NCBI GenBank assembly: GCA_964016885.1 | Contig: OZ024743.1 | Coordinates: forward strand, 38,750,001-38,814,000 | Reading direction: 5' to 3' | From: Eledone cirrhosa | Taxonomy: Eukaryota | DNA length: 64,000 bases | Part shown: positions 12,300 to 25,785 of the stretch, piece by piece | Layout of the letters: every line of letters starts with the position of its first letter | Position numbering within the stretch: the stretch's first letter is position 1 | Notes under the pieces: model-generated | What the model saw: only the letters and a program-made list of their open reading frames with translations | Told to the model about the DNA's origin: nothing | The model's database searches: none | Made by a program: the position numbers and the translations under genes

Positions 12300-14450
12300 A
12301 ACTACTGGGAAAGTAAGTAATTGCTACTCTATATTGATTGTTGACATTGTCTGTTTTGCTAATGTTAAGTATGATTCTCGGGTACATAGTTTCGAAGGTA
12401 TTGATATTCTGCTCTAGAGTTTTTGTTATGGGGTTCGTTTCGGTTACATAGGGGAAAACAGACAGAACTGGTAATTGTAAAAAGAAAGCAACTTGCGTTT
12501 GACAGTTTATATAAATGACTTCTAATTTCTTCAGAATCAACAAACCTTTTTATCTATGAATGGTTTATCACGTATACTTATAAATTAACCATTGAATAAC
12601 TAACTTCACTGCGTTCAATGAAATCATTTATTAATTTGGTATTTAAGAATGCTCCACTATTAACTTATTCGATTTTCCTTCTTCGATATATTAACTGAGA
12701 TATTTATCAATAATATCCATAATATTAAAACGACTGTATTAAATAACCATTTTCAATTTTTATTGCAGTATTTCTGCTAATCATCTGTTATCTTTTGTGG
12801 AGCTACGCAATCGTTAGATATTATCAGTGAAAGTACCCGCCCATTGGGTAATATTTTTGTAAGTATTCATTTTTATTGTTTCTATGTAATTCCTTTGGGG
12901 TTTTTTTTTTTTTTTCGTATATTCTATATCAGTATATAGCTTTATAGAAATAATTCAATATGGAACTAGTCAATAAATTTCCTTGTTTTATTTTTGTATT
13001 TTTTTCCTTTCCTTTATCGATCGATTTCAATCGCCTTTTTCCAGAATTGGTGGAGGTTTTTCACATCCTTAGTAGTAATACCATCCTCCACTACCATCAT
13101 CGATATTAGCTTTATTGAACACGCACCTCGCTATCCCCATTACAATTTATAATCATGACGATCAGGAACATCACCATTATTACATCAACAGTATTACCTT
13201 TGCTATTATCACAACCGTCATTAAGATTAATGTCATCAACACCACAAACGTCAGCAATTCTTCGAAATCACTCATTACTAGATTTCCTTGTATTGCAGAA
13301 TTCGTCAAATATTCACGTAAACACATATTTATGTATAGATACGTACACATATATATATACATAAATAGGTACACACACTTCGAAACATATACATATGCAT
13401 CTGCGCGCGTGTGTTTATAAGGACAGATTTTCTTTTTTTTTTTGCTGTAGAATTTCCGCTTATATATTTTCTGAATTCTGTTTGTATTTCGATCAATCTA
13501 TACAATGTTTTCGCAGTATATCTGTGTTTGTGGTTTTGTAAAAATTAATAGTGTGCTGTTTGAATGTACGGGAACACTTTTTTTAAAGAAATGTATTTAG
13601 AACACAGGTAGGGAACGTTAGAATGCTTTGCAGCATTTGTTTTACCAAACTGCCCTCTAATATCAAATCTGTGTCAGGTCAACTTGCATGATTTCGTATT
13701 CATTATATAATGTAAAAGCCAACGTCTCTTTCTCATTTGTGTTATCTCTCGTTCACATTCTTTGCTCGAATACAGCTCTAGTTATATTTAGATTATTATA
13801 GGCTTCACCAGGTTTAAATTTCTAAAAGACACTTTATTGTTCTGCGGCGTCTTTTTCACCTTATCGTGGTTTACGCTCCCATCAATGCATAGATCGAAAA
13901 TAGAGCTAAGGTTTGCATTTATCCCCATGGTCAGATTTTCATTTTCATGAATTCGATAGAGTTCTTTGAATCTTGTTTGGAACAGTAAATGTCTCAAGTC
14001 CATCAAATTTCCTGAAACTACTCAGCTCTATATAATTGTGAGCATGTGGTTAGTGTGTGACAATTACACATCACAATAGGAACAGTAAATGTTACTTACG
14101 GTGTCAGTATTATCGGAACCTGCGTTTCCCCCCTTTCGAGTTATGCGTCAACTTTCAGAGAAAATGTTTGATTTTTGTTAGTCATTAGAATATAATATCT
14201 GTTTGGATATTACATAAACTTCATTGCTTGCGTATATACTGGAGGGATTGTAAAGGAGATAGTTGTTGTTACAGGCTGTGTGTATTCATTTGTGATGTTT
14301 CCATTGCACGTTCCGTCTTTCAGATAATGCCAAGATGAATGTACACTATCAGTGACAACACCTTTGCAATGGTATCCATTAACCAATTGCCATCCTAATG
14401 GATGTAGTTAATGTTATTCAATAACTCCTTCGGTTGACGTATGAAACATA
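12300..14450 (-). pseudogene. Possible decayed spliced-gene segments, Ig-like
   Basis: 88-nt intron-like segment 14012-14099 (GTAAGT...CACTAAC...TTTCAG). Strong acceptor before 12467. Protein-like frames (GTCNGNITNEYTQPVTTTISFTIP; LSVFPYVTE) interrupted by stops. Confidence 0.3.
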
Positions 14451-15812
14451 TCATATCATCCAGGAAAAGGAACGTAGAAGTTTTACCTTTTACTTACTAG
14501 TCATTTTGAAATTAAGTTAACATTGCACAATACATATAGTTTTCTTAACACAAAAAGGAAATGAAAACATGTGTACTTAAGGAGCGATGTCACCCAATTC
14601 TAATAAGGTAGTTAAATATAGTTCTACAATTAGACAGAATATAAGCCTTTGGCTGAATGCATTAATTGTTGCTGAAAATATATGCCTGGTATTGCCGCTT
14701 CAAGAAACATAATTGCATGGATATGTTACATGTGATAATGTGGCTACTTGTATGTATTTCAATTTGTATGTATTATGTGCTATCAAAATAGCGACATTTA
14801 AAAGCACGCAGAAACTGATTAATTAAACATGATCAACTAATACACCTGAAATAAAATCCAACCTGATCTTAATATATGATGTACCATATTTCTAAAATGG
14901 AATTCCACACCTTGCATACTAGATGATCAGACTTCCGCCTGTGTCGACGACGAGCTTTCATAAATTGATCACTTGAACGTCTATTTCGAGAACTACGATC
15001 TCTTTAGACGGGTTTTCCACATATTCATGTCCTCATGATTCTATTCTAATGCAAAATGAGGGGCACGGTGCGATAATGTAATTACAGATACATACTATTC
15101 GACGGTTTTCCACAGATTTCGCATACCCAATTTCACTTAGTAGGCTGACCCTGGGACATTATAAAGAGATTTATTAACGTGCCTCACAATCAGATTAAAT
15201 CAAGGATCTGAAGATATGGAAATATATCTTTTTAACTATCCGGACATGCCTACGTCCAATTTGGAGAAAAATGTATTTCTCGCAACATCAACAGAAATTA
15301 ATATTGGACAGTCATGACCAATATGTTTGATCATGGACCAGATCGTTTAATGCTAACATCTTGTTTTACAAGTTGAAATACAAGCTTAAAAGTCTTTACA
15401 TAATCACTAAACAGAAAAAAATGCTTATATACAAGGTAGGGCGTCAAACATTATTTCATTAAAAAACACGGAGAAATAGAGGTAAAGAAACTCGGAAGAG
15501 ACAATCACATGAAAATATCCGGCTCATCGGCTGTCTTCTGTGATTCATTATACTTTCGGATGGTTTTAAAAGACAGGGATTTTCACCACCTGTGAAACAA
15601 TAGAATCCAGGGAGTGTCCATGTATAGCTATTCGAGATGATGTCACCACTGACATTCAACAAAATAAAATAAAAGAAGAAATATCTAAATATGGATAAGG
15701 GACAGAATAATTGCTACAATCGAAAGCAACACGTGTGCGAATAGCTAGCCGTAGCATGTATGAAGGAAAAATCAAATTATTACAAGTTAGTACGAACGAT
15801 AGCCCTAGAACA

Positions 15813-16014
15813 AATAATGATTGTTTTTATTTTTACTTTTGGCAAAAGGCCTGCAATTACCCCAGTGCATTACTGGTCCTTTTATCTATCAAGCCCGTAA
15901 GGATGAAAGGCAAATATAACCTCGGTGGGATTTGAACTCAGAACGTAAAGGTGTATAACTGTATGCTGCAAAGCATGGTGTCTGACGCTCTACCGATACT
16001 GCCAATCCACCGCC
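15813..16014 (-). mobile_element. tRNA-derived SINE, full length
   Basis: Matches the family consensus from GGCGGTGGATTGGCAG to the 3' tail. Confidence 0.93.
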
Positions 16015-16750
16015 ACCATTACTGGTAATAAGATGCACCATATTGCACAGACTTTTTTTTATCAACAATACTATAACGAAATATAGTCTTTATACATATA
16101 TTTAGAAAGCCTTCTAGCTATGAATATTGAAAAGCTGACGGCTAGCGTTGTCTAGCAGATATACACCTATTCTGTCTATTATATATTTTGTTTATTGATC
16201 TATATATGAATATTTATATTTATACATGTCTAGAGACAATCATTTTTCAGGGCAACAACCCAACAAATGTTTGATGATTTACACAGTAATGGTTCCCTGG
16301 TATAAACTATGAACTACAATTTCCAATGAAGTTTTGTACTTAGTGAATGTCTATTAATTTTTATATGAATTCATATTTATTTTCTACATACTGATGTTTT
16401 CCAATGTACACTATTCTTTTGATAGATAACATTCCAGTATATTCTGAACGAAAAAATAAACATTTTCTTTAAAATTCAATATATAAAATTCCCATTTGTT
16501 TTTTTACTCCTTCAATGCCGGTTGTAATATTTCATATTATTTAAATTAATAAAAAACATAGCGTGTATTTAAGCAGCATATTTCGTACATGAATTATCTT
16601 CATTTAGAAGGGGAAAAACATAATGTATTATATGGTATGACGTTGAAAAAATCTACTGACATAATAAAGATTTAACTCTTTCAAATGTTCGGATTCATAT
16701 ATTTTTCATTCGCTGCAGTTATTATTTCGAATCGTATTATATTACTTGTT

Positions 16751-17122
16751 GGCGGTGGATTGGCAGTATTGGTAGAGGGTCGGACGCCATGCTTTCCAGC
16801 ATAGTTACGTCCCTTTAAGATCTGAGTTCAAATCCCGCCGAGGTTGACTTTGCCTTTCATCCTTACGGGGTCGATAAAATAAAGTACCAGTAATGCACTG
16901 GGTAATTGCTGGCCTTGTGCCTAAAGTAGAAACAATTATATTACTTTTTGGATCGGTAGAGAGTCGGACGCCATGCTTTCCAGCATAGTTACGTCCCTTT
17001 GCGGTCTGAATTCAAATCCTGCTGAGGTTGACTTTGCCTTTCATCCTTACGGAGTCGATAAAATAAAGTACCAGTAATACACTGGGTATTTGCTGGCTTT
17101 GTGCCTAAAGTAGAAACAATTA
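16751..17122 (+). mobile_element. Two tandem tRNA-derived SINEs (16751-16940 and ~16950-17122)
   Basis: Both match the consensus. TTATATTACTT occurs before, between and after them. Confidence 0.95.
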
Positions 17123-17469
17123 TATTACTTTAAATTGTGAAGTAATTTATGTTTTATGTTTCAGTGATGACTGCTTTGGGGCATAGAATCATATTTTATG
17201 GAGAACAACTTGGTATCTGTTGACAGAGATGTCCCGAAGTTCGCTTCATTTACACCGTCAATAATTATTTTGAGAAATATGCTAAATTCGTGTCTTCATA
17301 TTTCACTTCCCTTAAAAAATCAACAAAAAAATAATAAAACGGTATCGATCCGACTAATATGTAAACATGTCAAACCTTTGCTCTTTTTTTTTATCAAGAA
17401 CACTAACTCAAGTAAGTTTTAGGAAAGCAGGGGCGATGTTTTGAGGAATTTCAGGTATATGCCTGTAAA

Positions 17470-17818
17470 CGTGAAATAAGTATTAATTACAATAAGATAT
17501 ACTGCAGGTACACCGAGTAGCATTAAATATCATCACTCTCAGTGCTGGGTGTTACTTGACTGAATTCTTCATAAACAACGACACATTATTTCTATTCTGC
17601 TGATTATCAACGGCGGAGTTGGGGTTTTAACAAAACTACGTTTTGCGTCAATGCCATGAATTTTGCTGCCAAAGAAGTAACTCACTTAGTCCGAATGTCG
17701 AACTCGTCTATGCAGCGTATAGGAACTATGTAATCTAGGAAATTCGGCAGCCATTGTTCCGTATATTTATTTGTTTGTTTCAAATTCTGAAGCACCATTT
17801 GAGGAGCCGACAATTGTC
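17470..17818 (-). pseudogene. Decayed Ig-C2-like exon
   Basis: Acceptor TTCGTCTTTTTAG, then phase-1 frame GQLSAPQMVL...YIVPIRCIDE. After a shift: ELLLWQ and later FNATRCTCSI. Stops present. Confidence 0.35.
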
Positions 17819-18521
17819 CTAAAAAGACGAACTGTTATATGTTACAAAACAGTGGTTTTCCCAACAGGAAACATTGTTATTTAAACGGCTTTTAGTTGTA
17901 TGTTGAGAAAGGGGAATTATTTTCACATATGGAGTCTGCCTAATATATAAATGAATCCTTCTACTTAACAATAATATCAAATATAAATTGTAGGGTATAT
18001 AATCCCGAAAAGGTCTTTTTTTCATAATTGTTTAATCTAATCTAATAGCTCACTGGTTCCATAGGATGAAATAGCAGTAATTTTACAGTAATTTATACAC
18101 ATCTCTAGACCCCTGTGTACAACCTGATGTTATAGGAAAAGACGCTGGTCAAAGTTGCCGCGCAACAAGTTCCAGGCGGAAATCGCGTCGTTGTGCAGCA
18201 AAGTCCAAACCTAAATTACCGCATCGAAATCTATTTTTCAATTTAAACATTGAAAATTCCTAATGTTCAAATCAGAAATGATGTGGTTCTGTGTTTTCAT
18301 TTTCAAATCTGATGAAAGAGGGATATTATTTTTCGAAACATGCGTTGTCTAACGCAAATTTATTCGCATATGGGGATATAGAATACTCGATAATGCATTC
18401 CATCCTTGCAGTTATCTATTAAGTCAATTTAAATGCTGCATAAAGTCAATATCTACTGGTACTTTGTTTATGGTACTTTCCTTCATTTATTTTGCATAAA
18501 TCTCTTTATTTTACCTTACAG

Positions 18522-18713
18522 AATGTGTGAGTGATGTTACAACAGATGGAAAGATTGACATATCCCAGGGTCATGTTCACGAGTGTTGGATGGAAGGGGC
18601 TGAATTAAATGTAGGAATTGAAGGAGGTAGTGCAGTAATGATCCGTCTTCAGGATTCGGTCATGACAAACACCGAGCGTACATGTAAAAGCCAAACTCGA
18701 TATCTTCAATTTG
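18522..18713 (+). CDS. Probable exon encoding part of a CUB-like extracellular domain, possibly pseudogenic
   Basis: Polypyrimidine acceptor TCTCTTTATTTTACCTTACAG. 192-nt open phase 1-1 segment CVSDVTTDGKI...HECW...GSAVMIRLQD...TCKSQTRYLQF. Weak G|GTATTT donor. Confidence 0.5.
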
Positions 18714-19495
18714 GTATTTGTGACTACCAATATATATGGTCCGATAATGACCGATAAATTTCGATCTCAAATACAAGTGGCCAAAATAGGATTCCCCTGA
18801 AAGGTGTTTGTAGTAACCTGACACAATAGACTTCATAGCTCGGAGGTTAGGGATACGGAATTAAGAGATCACAGCTCCGATATGAATCACGCGCTACATC
18901 TAATCGTGTGATAATATAAATAAGAGCTGGTGTAATTTTAAACACATTCATTCTCTTTAGCAGATCCGTTTCATTGATGTTTTATTAGGCGCTATTTAGC
19001 TTAATGATAATGTTGGCTAAGAATAGAAAATTTAGTAATTTGCTTAGATATGTTATAATGAATATATTCATTTTCATTTTGTAAAGAATCTAGTTTAAAG
19101 CTAATTATTCGACTATGGTAGAAGGTATGTTGAACATAACTGTGAAGGTGGTAGGCTAGATGTTTCTCACAACATATCTAACCAATGAATAGTGGTTAAA
19201 ATTGTCAATATTCTTCTGTAATAATTTCCACGTGGTGTATTGTTCCTTGCCATCAATCCACACGCCAATATCACGATGATCTGATGTGTTTAGTTCATAA
19301 CTTTTCATTCAAACAGTGTTGCTATTGTTGTAACATAACTCATGGTCACTAATTATCCAGGGAATTTATAATCCAATGATATTTTATCCTAAAAATATTA
19401 TATCTAAAACTAAATTTATCAATATGTACTTCAATGCTTACTGTTTTATATAGTAATTAAGATATGATATCTGTAATATAGCAGCGTTTGAAATA

Positions 19496-19688
19496 TAATT
19501 GTTTCTACTTTTTGGCACAAGGCCAGCAATTAGCCAGTGCATTACTCGTACTTTATTTTATCGACCCCGTCAGGATGAAAGGCAAAGTTAACCTCGGCGG
19601 GATTCGAACGCAGAATGGCAAGGGATGTAACTCTATGCGTCAAAGCATAGCGTCCGACCCTCTACCGATACTGCCAATCCACCGCCCT
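19496..19688 (-). mobile_element. tRNA-derived SINE with 15-bp target-site duplication
   Basis: CGTTTGAAATATAAT at 19485-19499 and 19689-19703. Confidence 0.95.
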
Positions 19689-19789
19689 CGTTTGAAATAT
19701 AATGTAGGTCTGTCAGTATCGAGAATGTGTGTCCCAGTTAAATGGATGAATCGAACAACCCTTGTGTGAAATGGCTGATTATTTTACAG

Positions 19790-20680
19790 GCAATTATAGA
19801 CTTAACATAATTCAAAGGATATACCATGTGAAAAGACTGACCCTTAGAAATACAAGTGTATCTTGTCTGATTATTCTATTTCATTCTCAACTTTTCGATT
19901 GTGCCGAATCTATAGTAAATGGTATTTTCCAGGAAGCCACAAACTGAAATCGAAGCCAGAACATAATAAACGCCGGAGAGGTTGTGTCTGTAATGTAGTA
20001 GCATATCCATGTTTGTAATTCTTCTGGATGAAATATTCGTTTAATCAAGATTGATCTGAGAATAAACAAACATGTAATTCAATACACAGTAAATAAAACT
20101 GACCCTTCCACTGCTACAGAAAATTCAAAAGGCTAAGGTTATTTTCTTCTTATCCTACAGTGTTCCACTTTACATGTATATTACGGTCATCAGAAACACA
20201 TATATATTCCCCTTTCGGAGCGACAACACGAAATAATAACGTATAACATTTCATAATTCAAATCCTCAAAATTATTAAATGTAACGTATGATGTAATGTC
20301 CCCAATTGATCAGCAAAAATCACTGCAAAATTCTGCGATATGAAATTTATTTCCCCATATTATAAAATCAATCCGTAACGAACTTATTTCGGAATGATTC
20401 ATTTATCTTATCAATTGTAATACAGTACATTATTATATAATCTTTTAATTAGAAATATGTTTTAAATATCTTCGAATTTGTCATAAGAGGACATGTAAAA
20501 ACTACTGGTTTTTCAACTATAGATGGAAACTCCGTAGTTGACGTACAGACTAGAAGAACTGTTGCAATTCAGAGTACAACTGCAATTAACAGCATACATC
20601 TTTTCTGGAATTTCATGATGCAATCTCACGAATGAATCTCTATGAAAGTTGTAATAACGATATTCACATGAACTCTTTTC
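19790..20680 (+). pseudogene. Decayed CUB-like exons (acceptors before 19790, 20161 and 20523)
   Basis: Phase-1 frames TCILRSSETHIYSPFGATTRNNNV* and DGNSVVDVQ...FLEFHD echo CUB motifs (C...I.SP....NN; DG.S...F.SD). Stops and frameshifts present. Confidence 0.35.
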
Positions 20681-21296
20681 TGTACTAATTAATTGTTCAA
20701 TTTACTAAACAAAATTTATGGGAATTTTAAATATAACACACACTTTTAATGGTCCTGTGTACGGCCATATGTTATGTTAAAACTTAAGTGCAAAGGGAAG
20801 TTTTCAGAATATAAAACAATGGGCGGTTTCCTGTTTGCTATTGCAACTGTTCGAATACAGCAGATGAATTGGCAACAAGGGATATGGAAAGAATGTCAAT
20901 TACATCAACCATTTTAATGGCGATTAATAGTGAATCTTTATGATATAACTCGTTATTTCTGAAATTTACTGGAACCATATGTTAGTTTAAATGTCTTCAG
21001 CGGAAACGGATGTCATTTACTAACATAATCTTTTGTACTAGATCACTATGAATCATCAAAGATGGACAAGAATTTGTATTCTATTTTTACAATTATTTTA
21101 AATTTAAGATAGTCATAGCAAATTCCTTCCAAAAAACAATATACATTCATACTTATATGCTCATGGGCACGCGTACACACACACACACACACGCGCGCGT
21201 GCACACACACACACATATATATATAGTGTATTACACACATATATATATATAGTGTATATTCAGTGAATTACTGGTGGAGGTACCAAAATGAACACT

Positions 21297-21745
21297 AGGT
21301 TAACTTTGCCTTTCATCCTTATGGGGTCGATAAAATAAAGTACCAGTAATACACTGGTGAGTTGCTGGCCTTGTGCCAAAAGTAGAAACAATTATTAATA
21401 AGGGCGGTGAATTGTCAGTATCAGTAGATGGTTGGAGGCCATATTTCTAGCATAGTTACGTCCATTTACGGTTTGAGTTCAAATCCCGTCGATGTTAACT
21501 TTGCCTTTCTACCTTACCAGTAATGTACTGGGTAGGTGCTGGCCTTGTGCCAAAAGTAGAGACGATTATTAATAAGAACGGTGGATTGCCAGTATCGGTA
21601 GAGAGTAGGACGCCATACTTTGCAGCATAGAGTTATGGCCCTTTACAGTCTGAGTCCAAATCCCCCCGAGGTTAACTTTGCTTTTCATCGTTACGAACTG
21701 GGGTAATTGCTGGCCTTGTGCTAAAAGTAGAAACACTTATTAATA
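21297..21745 (+). mobile_element. Triple tandem SINE array
   Basis: Three diverged consensus units, each ending TATTAATAAG. Confidence 0.93.
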
Positions 21746-22139
21746 AGAATGATGTAGTTTCGTTTACATGTATTTAGACTTTTATTGTGTATCGACCAGT
21801 TATGCAGGACTCGCAGATGATTAGTACAGGGTTACCCTCAGAAGTGATTATAAATGTGTTCCGTATTGACGATACTACAGAGTTAAATACGCACAGATAG
21901 CACTTCATCCACCGTATGTAGTTCTTTTGTTACAGCTGAAGAGAGAGGATAAGGGTGAACAAATGTGTCATGGCTACACAGAAAAGCATTATGGATAATG
22001 ATGCGAATGGGATTTGCTCACTATGCAGAAACACAGCATGGAATATCATGGAAATGACTCTAAAAGAAGAGAGGGAAAACCATCAACTCATGGTATGATA
22101 GCCAGAGCTATTAGTGTCATGTTCGTCGATGTTACTTTG

Positions 22140-22670
22140 GAAGCGGACTAGCTTATGGTTTTAAAAGAGATTTAGACAAAATAAACCTTTGTATACATTC
22201 GTAGAAGAAAACCAGAAGGTCCTATAAAACCTCAGATCAATAGTGTATGCCCGTTTAAGGCAATCTACTCTCCTTATAGAATCTCTGTGTTCTGTAAGGT
22301 ATATTCGCACAGAAACTGCAACATTAGAAATGATGTCGATACGGTATGACTTACTGAGGAACAGTGCAGAAACAAGACACATTAGTGAGACAGCCCGTAG
22401 CATAGGAAGGGTATTAAAGTAAAACGGGTGAGAAATTAAGAAGAACACCTCCTCAATGCTATACCAACATGCCAAACTAGAATACGGATGATCAATAGAT
22501 AACATAGATTTAAAGATCCTGTCCACACATAGAACTGAGGCAACACTCAGATGAAATGCGAAGGCGACACGCGTAGTCACTTAATAGAAGATAGAACGAG
22601 CCTGAACAGAAACAGGAACAGTAACAGCCTGCAACTTAACGACTGAAGACATACTATGGAAAAAAGATAC
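22140..22670 (+). mobile_element. Decayed PLE GIY-YIG 3' fragment with a degenerate minimal hammerhead
   Basis: HISETARSIGR...SSMLYQHA...KILSTH..EATLR resembles YIGETARS..R..EH. CTGAAGA-CAT ACT ATG-GAAA at 22643-22662. Confidence 0.55.
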
Positions 22671-22869
22671 ACACAGTGAAATATGAGCGCCCACCCTCAA
22701 CATACACGTATAATACACAATACCAAAATATCGGTATCAATACACGGTCCCCTATCAAGTATCCTGCAAAAAAAAAAAAAAACATAAACGCACTTACACA
22801 CACATATATATATACATGTTTGACATCGATAACTATTATGCGTCAATCACCTTCCCTTTTTCTGAAGTG

Positions 22870-23030
22870 AATAATAATTGTTTCTACATGTGACACAAGG
22901 CCACCAATTATTGGTACTTTATTTTATCGACCCCTTAAGAATGGAAGGCAATGTTAACCTCGCCGAGATTTGAACTCAGATCATAAAGATACGTAACTAT
23001 GCTGGAAAGCATGTCCGAAGTCTACCGATA
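22870..23030 (-). mobile_element. tRNA-derived SINE, diverged
   Basis: Consensus match with deletions, followed by (CT)n at 23054-23110. Confidence 0.88.
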
Positions 23031-23049
23031 GCGTTAGCGAAATTGTTTT

Positions 23050-23113
<64 letters not shown>

Positions 23114-23852
23114 ACTTTATCTCTCTCATCTTCTCTCGATAACATCTGATTTCAGACCTGCAGTTCCGATGTTTAAGATGCCCATGTCTCATCATAGTAT
23201 CTACCTCCCCTTCAGTTGACATGGTTATTACTCTTCCATAGATACACCCCATAGAAAATATGCATACTGCGGTTGCTTACTTATAAGCAAATAACAGAAT
23301 GCTATCTGTATATGACTGAAATGTAAGAGATCCAATTTGCTAGAGTTGTGCATTCAACATTAAATTTTATGATTCCATTAGAGCCAAAAGAATAGAAATG
23401 TAGCTCAATTTATTCACACAACAAATATATAAGCAATAAACTATTGTTCTAGAATTTATTACATGACAATATGTGATAGCACATATTTTTCGGATTTGAA
23501 AAACAATACGAATTGTATGCTTCAGAGAAAATTTGGATCGACTGTAATTATAGAAATACATTACATTTTACTTAAGATTTACTTTGAGAATGCTATTCAG
23601 TATGTTGATTCTTATGTTATTTTCAAAACATTATTTTTTTTTAAATATCCATTGGAAAGCAATCAGCATATCAAAGCTGTCAGTAGGTTTAAGGTTCTTT
23701 ATCTTTAAATAATTATTTATAGTGCAGTAACATGTTAGGCAATATATCCAGAGATTTCCCCGTTGTATTTGTGCTTATTTGTTTTCCATTTACCTAAAAG
23801 CTCCCTGAATAATGCTTTACTCGAAAAGTATTGAGAAAATTATATTATTAAG

Positions 23853-23884
<32 letters not shown>

Positions 23885-23913
23885 TATATGTATATATGTG
23901 TGCGTGTGTATGA

Positions 23914-23955
<42 letters not shown>

Positions 23956-23976
23956 GTAGGTGTGCATGCGTGCGTC

Positions 23977-24021
<45 letters not shown>

Positions 24022-25006
24022 ACCTGCATCTGTGTGTGAGATTGTTTAATGGTTTAGATCAAATTCAGCTTCACCTAGAATTACATACAAAATAATATCA
24101 TGGAGAAAGCAGTAATTTTCTTTACTTTTCATTTTGTTTTCAATTTTTTGAATTGCATCTAGTATACCTAATCGGAGCCTAGCCAATATAAAATAAATAT
24201 GTAATATTTGAAAGGTCCATACACATGCAATTAAAAAAGTAAAGTTAAATAATGTGACTCAACGATTGTTTTTTCTTGCGCCTGCATGGCTTTATTAGTA
24301 AAGGCTTCCAGATACGTAGTAGAAGCACCGAAATGTCTCTACCAGTAAATGAGGACTAAAATTAAAGTGGTAAGAAATAATGATGCTATCTTTCTATGTC
24401 GCAAAAGTTTTTCCGTGTGTCATGCCAACCTACAAACCACAATTATATACTAGTACTTCAATGCTTATGGAGTGGTGTGTAGTCTTTAACTAATATGTTT
24501 ATCGGAAAGTGTTGGACAAACTATGATAGGTATATAATTTGAAAAATTATTTTCAAGTTTTATTTCCAAAAATAAGAGCCATTCACAACCTTTGAACGAA
24601 GTTCTGCTTTCATCTTATCTGTACTATAAATATTCAGTTCAGCCATTATCAGACGATGTCTCTCAACAAGATTAAGACCCTAGAGTGTAACGGTTATAGA
24701 GGGAAATAAGGATTCATTTGGGATTATAGACTGACATCATATACATATATAGAGAAGTTGTAAACTTCTGTACGATTAACATAGACCAGCTGTCAATTGT
24801 GTAAAATTTAAAAGTGAGATAACTTATATATACCGGTTTATGTATAAGAGTTGTCTTATACATACCGGTTTAACTTGTGAAAACCTCAGTGACTTTTCAA
24901 ACTGCGTAGGCAGCTATCCAGATTATCCGGAAAGTATTGTCAGAAAAGCCACTAAAGGAGAAAAAAAATTAGTTAGACAAGAAATTTTTACTACTATTAC
25001 ATGAAA

Positions 25007-25049
<43 letters not shown>

Positions 25050-25053
<4 letters not shown>

Positions 25054-25573
25054 TATTAAAAAAATAATGAATAAACAAAGAAACAGTTCCTTATATTAAA
25101 CAAAAAAAGTTCATTATTTTACGATCGTTTCTAGGACATATATGTGTTAGAATTGGTATGCATATTCTATAGATCTATGTACAATATTATTCAAACTATC
25201 AGAGGGAATATACATACCTTCACATATATATGCTGTCTTCATTATTTCTGAAGACAGCATATATATGTGAATGTATGTATATTCCCTCTGATAGTTTGTA
25301 TAATATTGTACATAGATCTATAGAATATGCATACCAATTCTAACACATATATGTCCTAGAAACGATCGTAAAATAATGAACTTTTTTTGTTTAATATAAG
25401 GAACTGTTTCTTTGCTTATTCATTATTTTTTTAATGATTTATCTTGACTCTGTTTTCCATTTATTTTTCACCGAAAGTAGTTTTTGAATGCATCTCTTCT
25501 TTTCATGATATCCGGATTACATTGAGTTCTTCATACGGATTGGACACTACCGTAAACTTTTGGTAGATTTATC

Positions 25574-25576
<3 letters not shown>
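25050..25576 (+). mobile_element. Short non-coding fold-back PLE derivative, family of 5715-9000
   Basis: Arms 25050-25241 and 25249-25440 with a 7-nt loop. Tail is homologous to 8861-9000. (TA)n flanks. Confidence 0.92.
25239..25379 (+). ncRNA. Type-I hammerhead ribozyme, long stem II
   Basis: Perfect 9-bp stem I TCATTATTT/AAATAATGA. CTGAAGA at 25248-25254, GAAA at 25359-25362, ACGATCGT stem III, GUA triplet. Confidence 0.85.
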
Positions 25577-25632
<56 letters not shown>

Positions 25633-25656
25633 CATGAAATGAATATATATATATAC

Positions 25657-25693
<37 letters not shown>

Positions 25694-25703
25694 CATGAAA
25701 TAA

Positions 25704-25736
<33 letters not shown>

Positions 25737-25752
25737 ATATATATTATATATA

Positions 25753-25785
<33 letters not shown>

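Noticed and set aside
16751-16840. tRNA gene
   Set aside because: The A and B boxes belong to a SINE head, and no full cloverleaf is evident.
18305-18350. CTGATGA...GAAACATGCGTT
   Set aside because: Spacing is hammerhead-like, but stems I and II are mostly G-U pairs or mismatches, and there is no clear element context.
21297-21745. CRISPR-like repeat array
   Set aside because: Tandem SINE copies in eukaryotic DNA, with no unique spacers.
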